64,000 bases of DNA from Nemertoderma westbladi (Eukaryota > Animalia > Xenacoelomorpha), in assembly GCA_032718475.1 (NCBI GenBank), contig JAUCBJ010002021.1:1-64000 (forward strand), in the 5' to 3' direction. Shown here piece by piece: positions 49,483 through 62,500 of the stretch. How positions within the stretch are numbered: position 1 is the stretch's first letter; every line of letters starts with the position of its first letter. The notes below the pieces were generated by a model, which ran no database searches, was not told the DNA's origin, and saw nothing but the letters and a program-made list of their open reading frames with translations. The translations under genes were made by a program, and so were the position numbers.

Positions 49483-50995
49483 TATATCATATTAGGGTGA
49501 GTGAGGGAGACTTGACTATAGGGGAGACTAGGACCAAAAACTATTGTAAATTATTTAACAATACCACACAAAAATGTGTAAAATACATGTTGGCTACACA
49601 CCCGCGCAACAATATACACAACAATATTATTAACAACAATATTAAATATACATATATATATTACGATTTTCAATTATAATACGTTTAATACATATTTTTT
49701 TTATTCTGCATTTTATTACTTTTATTTGAAAGTTGGTCAGTATTTTGAATACATAAAAAACTTTTAAGTAACCTAAAAACGCATAGATATATATTTCATT
49801 CAATAATATTATAATAAATTTAATAAAAAATAAAATTATTAATTAGTTAATTAATTTTATATCTCAATTATTTTTCTTTAATAATGCAGACGTTATTAGC
49901 CAAATGTCCATTATATTTAGACACTTTGAAAGTTGTTAAGAAACAAATTATTATCACTTAGAGAGAGAGTGGTCTTTAAATTAATAATACAACGGTGGTA
50001 TGAAAAAATCTTAAATGTATCGGACTATTTTGTTATTTATTTGGAAACAATTTGTTGGTAAGAAACAAGGCGACGACCTTTGTAAGAATTGGAGCATTCA
50101 GGGTAGTTATGGTAAAACTTATTTGGAGTGTGGAGAGGATTTAATGTATTAATTTGAAATCTGGGTTGGATTTCATCCAACCAGTTCGCCGGATTTGTTG
50201 AAAGGGAGTGATTGCCTAGCAACTGGTCCAAACAAAATTCCAACCTTGGTACAAACATTGCCAAACTGTCTGATATCTGAATTAGGTTAGATTAGGCACG
50301 ACATAAATTGTTTTATATTTAATGAAACCGTACATAAACAAATTTTAATTATTGATAATATTACACAACATTAAAGTTTTAAAACAATCCATACATCAGT
50401 TGCTGTGGTAGAGAGTAGACCATATAAATTGCACAACAACAGTAGGGACCTAGTCTCTGGAGTAGTTAAACGTTAAACCGGAAATTATGGATAAAAAACA
50501 CGTTTTATTGTTTTCGTAGTAAAATTATTATAATAGCGCGAATGAAAAAATGCCATAGTTTAATTAAGCGGAACGTTTAGATTTATTACTATAAATCCTG
50601 TGTAAACTATGGCATTTTTTTCATTCGCGCTAGTTATAATAAATTTACTACGATTACGTTATACAACTGGAAATTCAACAACATCTGTTTTATTGTTTTG
50701 GTTAGAAAGGCCACCAACAGTTGTCTGTTCCTTCCCTTTATGTACCGGTAACGTGAATGTATGCCACCTGTATGGCTTCCTGTTGTTTAGGCCTATCTAT
50801 ACCTTATGTGGCCCGTGTTAGTTTTGCAATATCCTTACCCTTAATTTAATTTGTAAAGTAGGTAAAATAACTACTGTAATAGAAGCAACAAACTATGTAA
50901 CGAAAACTGAAACACTACGAACTATATATCTAATTGATTTACTTCGAATTTACAACTACTGAGTAATTGTTGTGTCCCCCAAACGAACCAATGAA

Positions 50996-51092
50996 ATGTC
51001 TGAGAACCGAGAATCAATTAAAACAGAAGAAACGGCATCGAAGGATGATAAGGAAGCAGTAGAACAAACTGAGCCCGATGTTTCAACTCAGA
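50996..51092 (+). CDS. TCTE1: Dynein regulatory complex subunit 5, putative exon 1
   Basis: ATG...MSENRESIKTEE...STQ with a GTAAGT donor in phase 1, compatible with the acceptor at 52362. Confidence 0.65.
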
Positions 51093-52361
51093 GTAAGTTC
51101 ACCTCCTCAATAATACACCCTAGTTAATGGTTGTAAAACGTAATTGAAAAACTTTCGGTTGCTATTCGGTTAATCGGAATTAACGCAGATAAAGATCTGC
51201 TCTGTTTCGGCGCCTCCGCACTTATTTACTGTAAGTATTTTTGGATATTTCGATATTTTAATTGTCGCTTACTTTACTTGTACTGTATTTTTTTACAGTA
51301 AGTACACAAGTAAATAATGTATCTACTGTAATAGCCTAGCGCCCCTAACATGACTTGAAAATAAATGCTTTCGCCCATGTGAAGAATACCAGGATTTCAC
51401 TCGACTTTTTATTGAAATTTTATATTTGAAGATTTTTATTTTTTTTATTTATCTTTATTAAGTGTTTTATAGCGCTTATTTCTGTTTTATAACCTGTACA
51501 TATGCTAATTAGTTTATTGTTTTGGTTAGATGTAGCCCTTCTGTAACTGGTATTTTTGGTGAGAACCTGGTATTCTACACATGGGGGTAAACTGCAAAGT
51601 GAAATACAGTATAACGGCAGGAAGTCTGGTATTCTTCACATAGGCCAATAAATTTTTCGTAAGTTAAGTATATTATGTGTACAACTTACTACCGGTATCT
51701 TTGTGCGTACAATCTATGCAATCGCACCATGCAATCTACACATTGCTTGCTACTGTATGATGCAGCATGCATTAACAATGCTATGCCGACTTGACGACAA
51801 AATTGCGCCGTCACAACTCCCCATCCCCTCTATTTGTGCGCACAACCTACTACGAATCACTATTGGGATGATACAAGAAGGCTCCACTATATTTTCTTGT
51901 TACTATTAAGAAAGGGAGGGCGTCATATTCCGCGTGCCACAATGAGTTTAACGGCCCGTGAAGTTTGTCAGACTTTTTGCTGTTATACAGTAGTTTTAGC
52001 TTTGCTTGGAGTTTACCCAGTTTGCACTTTGAATCAACCACGTTTTCAATGTTACAGAAAAACTGAATCCAACAAAACCAATAAACGAATTAGTAGTTGT
52101 ACTGGTTATAAGAAAGAAGAAGCGCTATAATACACTTATAAGGATCAATCTAAAAAAATACAAATTCTTCATACTGCTGTAATATATATATAAAAAAAAT
52201 TTCGATCGAAAATAATTGAAATCCTCCTTTACATGGGCGCCACTGACTTCCTGTGTGCAAAGTCCAGTGATTTATTTACCTTGGTTACCTTTATTTACCT
52301 TGGTTGCCTTTATTTACCTTGGTTACCTTTATTTACCTTGGTTACGTTTTCTCCTCCCCAG

Positions 52362-52585
52362 TTGCCGCACCGACTCCGAGCCTACCCGACGACTCGTTTC
52401 AGTTCGCAGAAGGCGACGGAAATCCCGCCGCCGACGGCCGCAAAATGCGTCGGATTATCGCGGAAGACCCCGAGTGGACCCTCGCGACGGTGCCGATGTT
52501 GTCCGAGTTGGTAAACGATCACATCGTCGCCAACTTCGCAACTAATCCTATTCTCGATGACCTTAGAAAACCTGATAGAGTGAAG
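52362..52585 (+). CDS. TCTE1: DRC5 exon 2
   Basis: NPAADGRKMRRIIAEDPEWTLATVPMLSEL is the conserved DRC5 N-terminal motif; CCCCAG acceptor, GTTAGA donor. Confidence 0.92.
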
Positions 52586-53164
52586 GTTAGAGCTTATAAC
52601 TGATGATTTTTATAGATTTTATATCTACTGTAGTAGGCCTCCTATATTATATATCTATTGCCATACTCTACTTCTTACTGTATTTCCTCTTTCATCCTCG
52701 CATTTATTCTACCATACTTCGGCAGTAGATACTTAAACAAAATTACTACTACTACTAGGTCGAGCGAACTCGTACAATGGCAATGAGATCCTTCCAGGCT
52801 TCCACCATTACCGATCACACTGTACTATTCGGCCTTCTTAAAAGTAATGGCCTCTCTATCAGAGGCCTATTTGTCGTTTACCTATCACCCTATCAGAGGC
52901 CATGGTTGCCTGGTTCTACTTCTAGTGCAGTAGTGCTAATGTACCTACCGGTTACCTACACATACCGTAATTGTTGTGTAACAACCCGTTGCTATGGTTA
53001 CATGAATTTTACAAAATTGTGTTTTAGTTAAGTTTTAGTTAAATTTTTAACTTTTATTTAACTAGACACCTCAGAATTAGTTGAAAAAGTTAGTTAACTA
53101 GTCATTTTTAATTATTTAGTTGGGTTTAGTTAAATTGTCACTACAAAATTAGTTGAACAGCACT

Positions 53165-53590
53165 GCCATGTTCAGTATCCCTTTCAAGTTGATCTATATA
53201 TGTTGTGGCCGGTCGTCCACGACTACGCTTTCCATGAGTTGGTTGCCAGAGAAGTAGATCTGGTATGACCTAGTCTTTACTTCGCCAGCAGTGCCCACTG
53301 AATCTTAATCTGCGTTCACGGAGGGTGGTTGATACAGGCGGTATTGTACCATAAAGCTCGGCGTTTGTCATGTGTTGTCTCCAGCTGATGTTTAGGGCTG
53401 CCCTTAGTAGTCTTGTGTAGCAACCATCAATTCGTTGTTCAAGTGAGTTAGTCAGTGTCCAGGTCTCACTCCCGTATAAAAATACACTTTCCACTGTGGC
53501 TCGAAAGAACTTAGTCTTCAAGTGCCTGGAGAGATTTCATTTCCAAATTGTATCCATTTTTGATAGAGCTACCCAAGCCTTTGCTTTAAA
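53165..53590 (-). mobile_element. RTE-like LINE 3' fragment in intron 2
   Basis: KAWVALSKM..KTKFFRATVESVFLYGSETWTL..RRLRFSGHCWR..GRP. Confidence 0.88.
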
Positions 53591-53994
53591 GAAAATTACC
53601 GTTATTCTTACCTTACTTTACTCAACTTACTTTACTTTACTCAACTTACTTTTTTTTCCCAGATTGGGTTACTATATTTACAAATCTAAAAACATTACCT
53701 TATACAACTTTGCACAAAACAATATCCACCACCAACTGAAGACAAGAACATAAATTACCAATAAATGTATACGTATTGACAGTTCTACACCCAGTGCCCG
53801 GGGTCTGAGTCAGCATTTGCCAACACGAGGGACGTGTCGGCAACAGATTCCCGCATTGATCGCCTAGCCGCTGATCGGTAGCCGCGCAGGCACATCAAGG
53901 AAGAACGGAGGAGAGAGAAGATTAACTTTCTCCGCACCCATGATACACATCAACTTCTTGACTTTACTCAACTTACTTTACTCTACTGTACTCC

Positions 53995-54190
53995 TGTCAG
54001 TTTACTTTACATCCATCTAAGGAACTTCGACTGATTTCTCCCTCTATCCCATTGGCTGTTACTGTTTACTTTACTTCCATCCTAGGTACTTCGACTGATT
54101 TCTCCCTCTATCCCATTGGCTGTTACTGTTTACTTTACTTCCATCCTAGGTACTTCGACGGATTTCTCCCTCTATCCCATTGGCTGTTAC
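53995..54190 (+). repeat. 64-bp tandem triplication of the intron 2/exon 3 boundary
   Basis: Unit CTGTTTACTTTACTTCCATCCTAG|GTACTTCGAC(T/G)GATTTCTCCCTCTATCCCATTGGCTGTTA, three copies. Confidence 0.92.
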
Positions 54191-54371
54191 CGCACCTTTG
54201 GTTGGCGATGAGTCGTACTGGAAGCGATGTTGTAAGGCCAGGTGGCCTGTCTGTAACCCAACGGACTACCAAGGGAGTTTCAAGATCATGCTATTCCAAA
54301 AGTATATTGAGGATCTTATTGAAAATTATGTACCGTCGTCTGGGTCAGCAACTATTGCCTCCTTAGACGAG
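54150..54371 (+). CDS. TCTE1: DRC5 exon 3
   Basis: VLRRISPSIPLAVTAPLVGDESYWKRCCKARWPVC...; 222 nt, phase 0/0. Confidence 0.92.
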
Positions 54372-54421
54372 GTATTTAAACAGACATACCGTGCGTAGAC
54401 GTGGCGCATATTATTGCAAAT

Positions 54422-56270
54422 GGGTGATTCTCAATAAAAGTAGCCAAAATTGAAAATCATATTTTACATTGCTTCATGTGTCCTCAGAATTTTATCTAGT
54501 GAACAAAATTTGATGCGGTAAAGTTTTTCAGAAAGCAGATAATTTTATAATAGTGGTCAACTTGTGTGTAAGGTAATACACCCTCGTAATCATAGTTAAT
54601 TTTCAAATTATTTCTCAAAAATGCATATTTTTGAACTTAAAGTGCAAAATGTAGAATTTTGAACACTTCCCTGTGTTTATACTACACACACATACAAATG
54701 TAAAGATATTAGTCCGGCAGCAAATAGCACAAATTTTGGTGAACCGTGTTTTTTTATACCCATAAAATGTTTTATCGGTTTTGTACTCATTAGACCCTGC
54801 TGAACAATATTTAGGAGGGTGTCGCCCCTACAACCTTGAGCATTTCTCATAAATCGTGTTACCATGGTTACCGGGGTGTTTATCTGCAGCTGCCATGTTT
54901 TAAACACACAATGGTTACAGGATTTACCCGAAGCCTGACTAAACCAATGATTGCGAATTCGATGAGCTTATTTTCAAACCACTGTTACCCTGGTAACCGT
55001 TGCTAGAGGCAGTAATCTACGGTTCACGCCATAGCAAACACCAACTAACCCATTATGCGACCTCAGTATCAACATATTCCCTTAGTATATCGCATACTGA
55101 ACTTGTATTCGACAATTCGAGTCACAGTTATTATGACAACCGTTGCTACGGTAACTACTGTAGTATATCATAGCAACCAGCTACCAAAGTATTCTATGAT
55201 TATATGATAGTACTGTTTCAACATACCCCCGCTGTATGGTACATAGTGCATAGTGGGTTTATTGAACTTGGTTTCTAGCCACAGTTACCATGACAACTGT
55301 TGCTATGTAGACTAGACAGTGATTTTAAATATGATTTTAAAGGTCGTTGATATTCACAGGAACTATTGTAGAGGAATTAACTTTAGGTAAGTATTTTAGT
55401 TCACAATTTTTATTAATAATAAATTGATATATCAATTATCAAAGATCATAAGATCTTAATCCTGTAATCGAAATTGTTGAATCATTAACCCTATGGCATA
55501 TCAAATAGTTGGAAATTCAAATATACATAGTTATTATTATTATTTGTTTGTTGTTATTATTGTTGTTATTATTATTATTATTGGCCTTTTGAATGTGCAC
55601 TGCCTTTTTCTTCTCACTGTTAGTAGTGCAGTACTTACAGCAGTAAATGGGGAGTACAAAACCAAGAGGTAAAGTCGCGTTAGGTCCCAAAGAGCGTTAG
55701 GTGCCAATGCCATTTAGAGGAGCAGGTTGGTAAAGGAGCAGGTTACAGAGGCGTGCTGGGGGAACCAAAACAATAAACAAAAGTTAACACATGTGTTTTG
55801 TACTGGTCTTGGGTGGGTCTTGGGTCATTTGTTTTATACTAACCCCAGTAGTAATGTTAGTTAATAAAACTTAAACTTAAAAACAGCTAACATGGTAAAT
55901 TTATACCTTGTTACAGTACCTTATACTAATTTAATGTGTAAAATTACAGGCGCAGACACTGATATTGTATTGAATAATTGTATATGAATGATATAATTGT
56001 TAAATTACAGGCACATACAATGTCCATTTGTTTAAGGTGTGAGAAATAAGGCAATTATTACATATGAAATTGTTAAATTACAGGCAAGGACGTGGTATCA
56101 CAGGCTGGACAATTTTCTTTAGTCTGTTAAAATAAATCAAAGACCTAACAAGCTCGACCAATAACACCATTGAATTCAGCATTAAAAGATGTCTCAGAAT
56201 ATATATAGTTTTCCACACATTTATGAAATTCATTTTTTAACATAGTTTTGGCCACTTTTAAGAATCGCCC
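54422..56270. mobile_element. Non-autonomous TIR element in intron 3 (Harbinger-like termini)
   Basis: GGGTGATTCTCAATAAAAGTAGCCAAAA / TTTTGGCCACTTTTAAGAATCGCCC imperfect TIRs with AAT on both flanks. Confidence 0.62.
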
Positions 56271-56453
56271 AATGATAACTTTTCGTAGATTACATTATTG
56301 CTGACACCGCTGTGCTGTGCTTATTCTGATAAAATCTTTTCACCTCCCTATTCACTCACCCAACACACACCGATTATATTTTTACCTATTGTATAATTAT
56401 CTCGATGTTATAAGGTTACACATTGATTTTAACGAGTATTATTTATCTTTTAG

Positions 56454-56657
56454 GTCCTCCCATTGGCTAGCACTTATGTTCGCCGACTCGATATAAAACA
56501 GCTGTTGCCTCCGATCAAGGAATTACCCAGGATGGGTGAGGATATTTTGGACGATTCCGCCAGTACAGCCAGCGACATATCGGAAATTGACCACTTTGAA
56601 TTTGAGAATGTGTTCAAACAGTTACCGCATTTTGAGGATTTGAGCGTGACATACCAG
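56454..56657 (+). CDS. TCTE1: DRC5 exon 4
   Basis: VLPLASTYVRRLDIKQLLPP...DHFEF...LSVTYQ; 204 nt, AG/GT bounded. Confidence 0.92.
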
Positions 56658-56766
56658 GTGAATATTATCATATTCTTGCTCTGTGTAGACCTACCTACTA
56701 TAATTATATATAATATATATTTATAATAATTTATTTTATAGAACTAATTGAAATCTCATTTTTTAG

Positions 56767-56907
56767 GTGAAAGATTGCGGAATGAATTTTGAATGGAATT
56801 TATTCATATTTACCGGCCGTGACTGCCAGCTGTTGGCGAAGTCTCTCAACAGTTGCCGGACGTTGAAACGACTTTGTATCCATCATAGCAAAGTTGACTG
56901 CGATAAG
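56767..56907 (+). CDS. TCTE1: DRC5 exon 5
   Basis: VKDCGMNFEWNLFIFTGRDC...SKVDCDK, a highly conserved DRC5 motif. Confidence 0.95.
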
Positions 56908-57399
56908 GTGAGAAGAAACGTCTTTGTTGAGAGATCAAACCTCCCTCAAGTTATTATTACCAGCAATAATTTAAAGTCCATCCTCACTCACATGATTGCT
57001 CTACTTTCTCGTAGGCTTTTCTCGCCTTGAGTTATCGAAGAGTAAAATGCTCCAAAAAATTTGAATGTTATAAATAAAATACAAACTAAATATATTCCGA
57101 ATTGAATAAAAATGAAATCTAATAAAATCACAGTACTTTTAAATTAGTTGAAAAATTAAAATGGTAAATATCAATTGAAAATTAATATTTTTAAAGGGTA
57201 CATTCATAATAAAAGTAGTTTTTTATATTTGTGTACGCTTACTAACGTTATTTAATGGGTCTGGCTGATGGCATAAGGAAATTATAGTTTTGAAATCAAA
57301 GGTTACTACTAACTAACCCCAATTAAAAGTTAATACTCAAAGTCAATACTAGTCAATAATAACAAAGTTAATACTATTTATTTAAATTTCAACGGCGTG

Positions 57400-58625
57400 G
57401 TATCGCAAGCCTGCAGATACTGGGCTCGTTCTCAATGCCACTGCGTGTTCCCCTGAGTTTTACAAACGCGGAGTAATTCAAGGTATATTTATTTCATCGC
57501 ATCTTTAATATACCGCTATTGGGGATGCTAAGAATATGCTTAGTAATAACCAATATACTGATGCTGCGGTCGAGCATGAGCTAGCCGCAGTTCAAGCCGC
57601 TAGGGGGCGTGCAAGTAGTTCTGGGGGCGAGCGGCACCACCAAGGTCCGTAACCCGGTGGACCAGGCAGCTGCTGATGACTAAAAGCCCATTATCTGTAA
57701 GTTTGAGTACCGAGGTCGGGCAACCGATCTGTTTGTTCGAAAGTTGCGTGGACTTATACCCAGGTCTTGCACACGGGCCAGTTCGGTACGTTTTCACTAC
57801 GTCTACCCTGCGCCAGTCACTCCCTTCTCTAACAGATCAGATCCCGTCCCGGATATCCTTGCATCTAATGTCGTTTACTCTTTCTCTTGTCCCTCTTGTA
57901 CTGTGTGTACTTGTACTCTTGTACTTGTGGGGAATATGTTGGACATACCATCCAACACTTGTTTGAACGCGTTAAGCCCCGTTCACATCCAACGGTGCGT
58001 GAGCGGTTAAGTAGTCTAACGGTATTGATGCGGTAAGTCAGCCGGTCACTACCCGGAGCTCGTTCACACCCAACGGTACCCACCGTTGCGGTAACTGATT
58101 GTCTATCTGTCGACTGTGAATTCAATAGGAAATTACAGTACATTAATTGTTTTAACATTGTTTAAATGGGCTGCGGTAAATCACGCGGTGTACCGTTCCG
58201 TTGGATGTGTACGGGCCTTTAGACATCACCAGGATGGGACGGCCAAGGATGGGAGCGAACAGGGTAAGACTGTGCACAACCACATCATGACGCACCGCGG
58301 CGAGCCCTATACATATTCGCTGACTGACTGGCGTGAATTATTTTAACATTTCAAAGTAATTACTAGACACCCATTGCGGCCAGTCTTGCAAAAGCTTAAA
58401 ATGTATTACATTCAAACACACAGGAACGTGAAACAGAAACAGATACAGAAACGTGATTGGCGTAAGTTTGCGGTGCTGCTTCCCAGTGGTTAGTTACAGA
58501 CCTCTATTTTCATTTCAATACTCGTTCTGTCTCCCTTTGTAAAATTTCTCTCTAAATTCCCTGGCTTGGCCTCCTGAGAATGCCTTCAGCTGCGGGACGA
58601 AACCTACCGATCAGCTGGCTGCTGT
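57400..58625 (+). mobile_element. Penelope-like element remnant (RT C-terminus + GIY-YIG) in intron 5
   Basis: SNVVYSFSCPSC...CGEYVGHTIQHLFERV/RHH...VHNH matches the PLE GIY-YIG pattern. Hammerhead-like CTGAGAATG..CGAAAC downstream. Boundaries approximate. Confidence 0.7.
57975..58218. mobile_element. Harbinger/Tourist-type MITE inside the PLE endonuclease
   Basis: TIRs AGCCCCGTTCACATCCAACGG / CCGTTGGATGTGTACGGGCCT with TTA TSD; removal restores the ERVRHHQD frame. Confidence 0.85.
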
Positions 58626-58849
58626 CAGCTGATCACTGATTGCATGCAACGTCTAAGTCTTGTTGCTTTTTAGTTTTTTACATACTTTGGTACATACTAA
58701 CACACCTAGCGGAAAGGTTTTTACTTAAGGTGCTTCATAAATATAAATATAATTCGTATTTATTTAAATATTAATATAATTAATTGAATACATTTTTTAA
58801 CGCTATGGTTTTTAATTATTCTGCTTAATAATTTAATGTTGCTTTCTAG

Positions 58850-59015
58850 GTAAGAGTGCTAGTAAGCCACCTACTAGATCACCCGACACTGGAAGAATTC
58901 GACCTGAAATACAACAAGATTGGAGACAGTGGGGCCAGAGCTTTGGGTAAACTTATCAACAGACGTAGTTGCCTCACGAAACTTATAATCAGAGATAATA
59001 AAATAGGACCCCAAG
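58850..59015 (+). CDS. TCTE1: DRC5 exon 6 (LRR region)
   Basis: VRVLVSHLLDHPTLEEFDLKYNKIGDSGARALGKL...DNKIGPQ with a phase-1 GTAACT donor. Confidence 0.93.
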
Positions 59016-59542
59016 GTAACTAAATATCTTTTATACGAAATAATTAGTTGTTAGTTTAAAAGTTTAGTTGAAATAGAATACCTTGTAAAAATATATCATT
59101 AATATTTCAAAATGATAAAAAACGATAGCTCTAAATCGAGTTGCTTTTCTCTACCAAATTAGACGCCCATGTAAAGAATACTAGAGATAGAGAACTAGAT
59201 TGTTCATGTTCGGTCGAAATTTTATTGAATTTTTATACAATGATGATTTTTTTTCCCTTAACCTGTACTAATTCGTTTATTGTTTTGGTAAGATTCATCC
59301 CTTCGGTAACCTGGGTTTATAGTGAAAATCTCGTTATTCTTCCACATTGTGGTAAACTGCAAAGTGAAATATAATTGCAGAAAGTCGGGGTGTATGTGTG
59401 AATTTAAATCATTTATGCAGATTTTAGTGTTACTAACCTAAAATGTGGCGTTGCTTATAATAATAATAATATATGTGACTGTGATTATTGATACGCCCTA
59501 AATAAATAAATAATACACTATCAGTTAAGGTGGCTGAGTGGG

Positions 59543-62500
59543 CGCCTAACCAATAAAATCATATCTCCTTAGGTGCTGGTGCTATCGGATACGCCATACG
59601 CCCTAACTAAGTATACCATATCATATCTCCTTAGGACTGGTGCTATTGGATACGCCCTAACTAAGAATATCATATCTCCTTTAAGGTGCTGGTGCTATCG
59701 GATACGCCTAACCAATAATATCATATCTCCTTAGGTGCTGGTGCTATCGGATACGCCATACGCCCTAACTAAGTATACCATATCATATCTCCTTAGGACT
59801 GGTGCTATTGGATACGCCCTAACTAAGAATACCATATCTCCTTAGGACTGGTGCTATTGGATACGCCCTAACTAAGAATACCATCTCCTTAGGTGCTGGT
59901 GCTATCGGATACGCCCTAACTAAGAATATCATATCTCCTTAGGTGCTGGTGCTATCGGATACGCCTAACCAATAATATCATATTTCCTTAGGTGCTGGTG
60001 CTATCGGATACGCCATACGCCCTAACTAAGTATACCATATCATATCTCCTTAGGACTGGTGCTATCGGATACGCCCTAACTAAGAATATCATATCTCCTT
60101 AGGTGATGGTGCTATCGGATACGCCCTAACTAAGAATATCATATCTCCTTAGGTGCTGGTGCTATCGGATACGCCTAACCAATAATATCATATTTCCTTA
60201 GGTGCTGGTGCTATCGGATACGCCCTAACTAAGAATATCATATCTCCTTAGGTGATGGTGCTATCGGATACGCCATACGCCCTAACTAAGAATACCATAT
60301 CATATCTCCTTAGGACTGGTGCTATCGGATACGCCATACGCCCTAACTAAGAATATCATATCTCCTTAGGTGCTGGTGCTATCGGATACGCCCTAACTAA
60401 GAATATCATATCTCCTTAGGTGCTGGTGCTATCGGATACGCCTAACCAATAATATCATATTTCCTTAGGTGCTGGTGCTATCGGATACGCCCTAACTAAG
60501 AATATCATATCTCCTTAGGTGATGGTGCTATCGGATACGCCATACGCCCTAACTAAGAATACCATATCATATCTCCTTAGGACTGGTGCTATCGGATACG
60601 CCATACGCCCTAACTAAGAATATCATATCTCCTTAGGTGCTGGTGCTATCGGATGCGCCCTAACTAAGAATATCATATCTCCTTAGGTGATGGTGCTATC
60701 GGATACGCCATACGCCCTAACTAAGAATACCATATCATATCTCCTTAGGACTGGTGCTATCGGATACGCCATACGCCCTAACTAAGAATACCATATCTCC
60801 TTAGGTGCTGGTGCTATCGGATACGCCTTACCAATAATATCCTATCTCCTTAGGTGCTGGTGCTATCGGATACGCCCTAACTAAGAATATCATATCTCCT
60901 TAGGTGATGGTGCTATCGGATACGCCTTAACTAAGAATATCATATCCCCTTAGGTGCTGGTGCTATCGGATACGCCCTAACTAAGAATATCATATCTCCT
61001 TAGGTGCTGGTGCTATCGGATACGCCTTACCAATAATATCCTATCTCCTTAGGTGCTGGAGCTATCGGATACGCCCTAACTAAGAATATCATATCTCCTT
61101 AGGTGCTGGAGCTATCGGATACGCCCTAACTAAGAATATCATATCTCCTTAGGTGCTGGTGCTATCGGATACGCCTTACCAATAATATCCTATCTCCTTA
61201 GGTGCTGGAGCTATCGGATACGCCCTAACTGAGAATATCATATCTCCTTAGGTGCTGGTGCTATCGGATACGCCTTACCAATAATATCCTATCTCCTTAG
61301 GTGCTGGAGCTATCGGATACGCCCTAACTAAGAATATCATATCTCCTTAGGTGCTGGAGCTATCGGATACGCCCTAACTAAGAATATCATATCTCCTTAG
61401 GTGCTGGTGCTATCGGATACGCCTTACCAATAATATCCTATCTCCTTAGGTGCTGGAGCTATCGGATACGCCCTAACTAAGAATATCATATCTCCTTAGG
61501 TGCTGGAGCTATCGGATACGCCCTAACTAAGAATATCATATCTCCTTAGGTGCTGGTGCTATCGGATACGCCTTACCAATAATATCCTATCTCCTTAGGT
61601 GCTGGAGCTATCGGATACGCCCTAACTAAGAATATCATATCTCCTTAGGTGCTGGTGCTATCGGATACGCCCTATCTAAGAATATCATATCTCCTTAGGT
61701 GCTGGTGCTATCGGATACGCCTTACCAATAATATCCTATCTCCTTAGGTGCTGGAGCTATCGGATACGCCCTAACTAAGAATATCATATCTCCTTAGGTG
61801 CTGGAGCTATCGGATACGCCCTAACTAAGAATATCATATCTCCTTAGGTGCTGGTGCTATCGGATACGCCTTACCAATAATATCCTATCTCCTTAGGTGC
61901 TGGAGCTATCGGATACGCCCTAACTAAGAATATCATATCTCCTTAGGTGCTGGTGCTATCGGATACGCCTTACCAATAATATCCTATCTCCTTAGGTGCT
62001 GGAGCTATCGGATACGCCCTAACTAAGAATATCATATCTCCTTAGGTGCTGGTGCTATCGGATACGCCCTAACTAAGAATATCATATCTCCTTAGGTGCT
62101 GGTGCTATCGGATACGCCTTACCAATAATATCCTATCTCCTTAGGTGCTGGAGCTATCGGATACGCCCTAACTAAGAATATCATATCTCCTTAGGTGCTG
62201 GTGCTATCGGATACGCCTTACCAATAATATCCTATCTCCTTAGGTGCTGGAGCTATCGGATACGCCCTAACTAAGAATATCATATCTCCTTAGGTGCTGG
62301 TGCTATCGGATACGCCCTAACTAAGAATATCATATCTCCTTAGGTGCTGGTGCTATCGGATAAGCCCTAACTAAGAATATCATATCTCCTTAGGTGCTGG
62401 TGCTATCGGATACACCCTAACTAAGAATATCATCTATCCTTAGGTGCTGGAGCTATCGGATAAGCCCTAACTAAGAATATCATATCCCCATAGGTGATGG

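Noticed and set aside
50037-50264. Possible exon on the minus strand
   Set aside because: No recognisable motif or convincing splice context.
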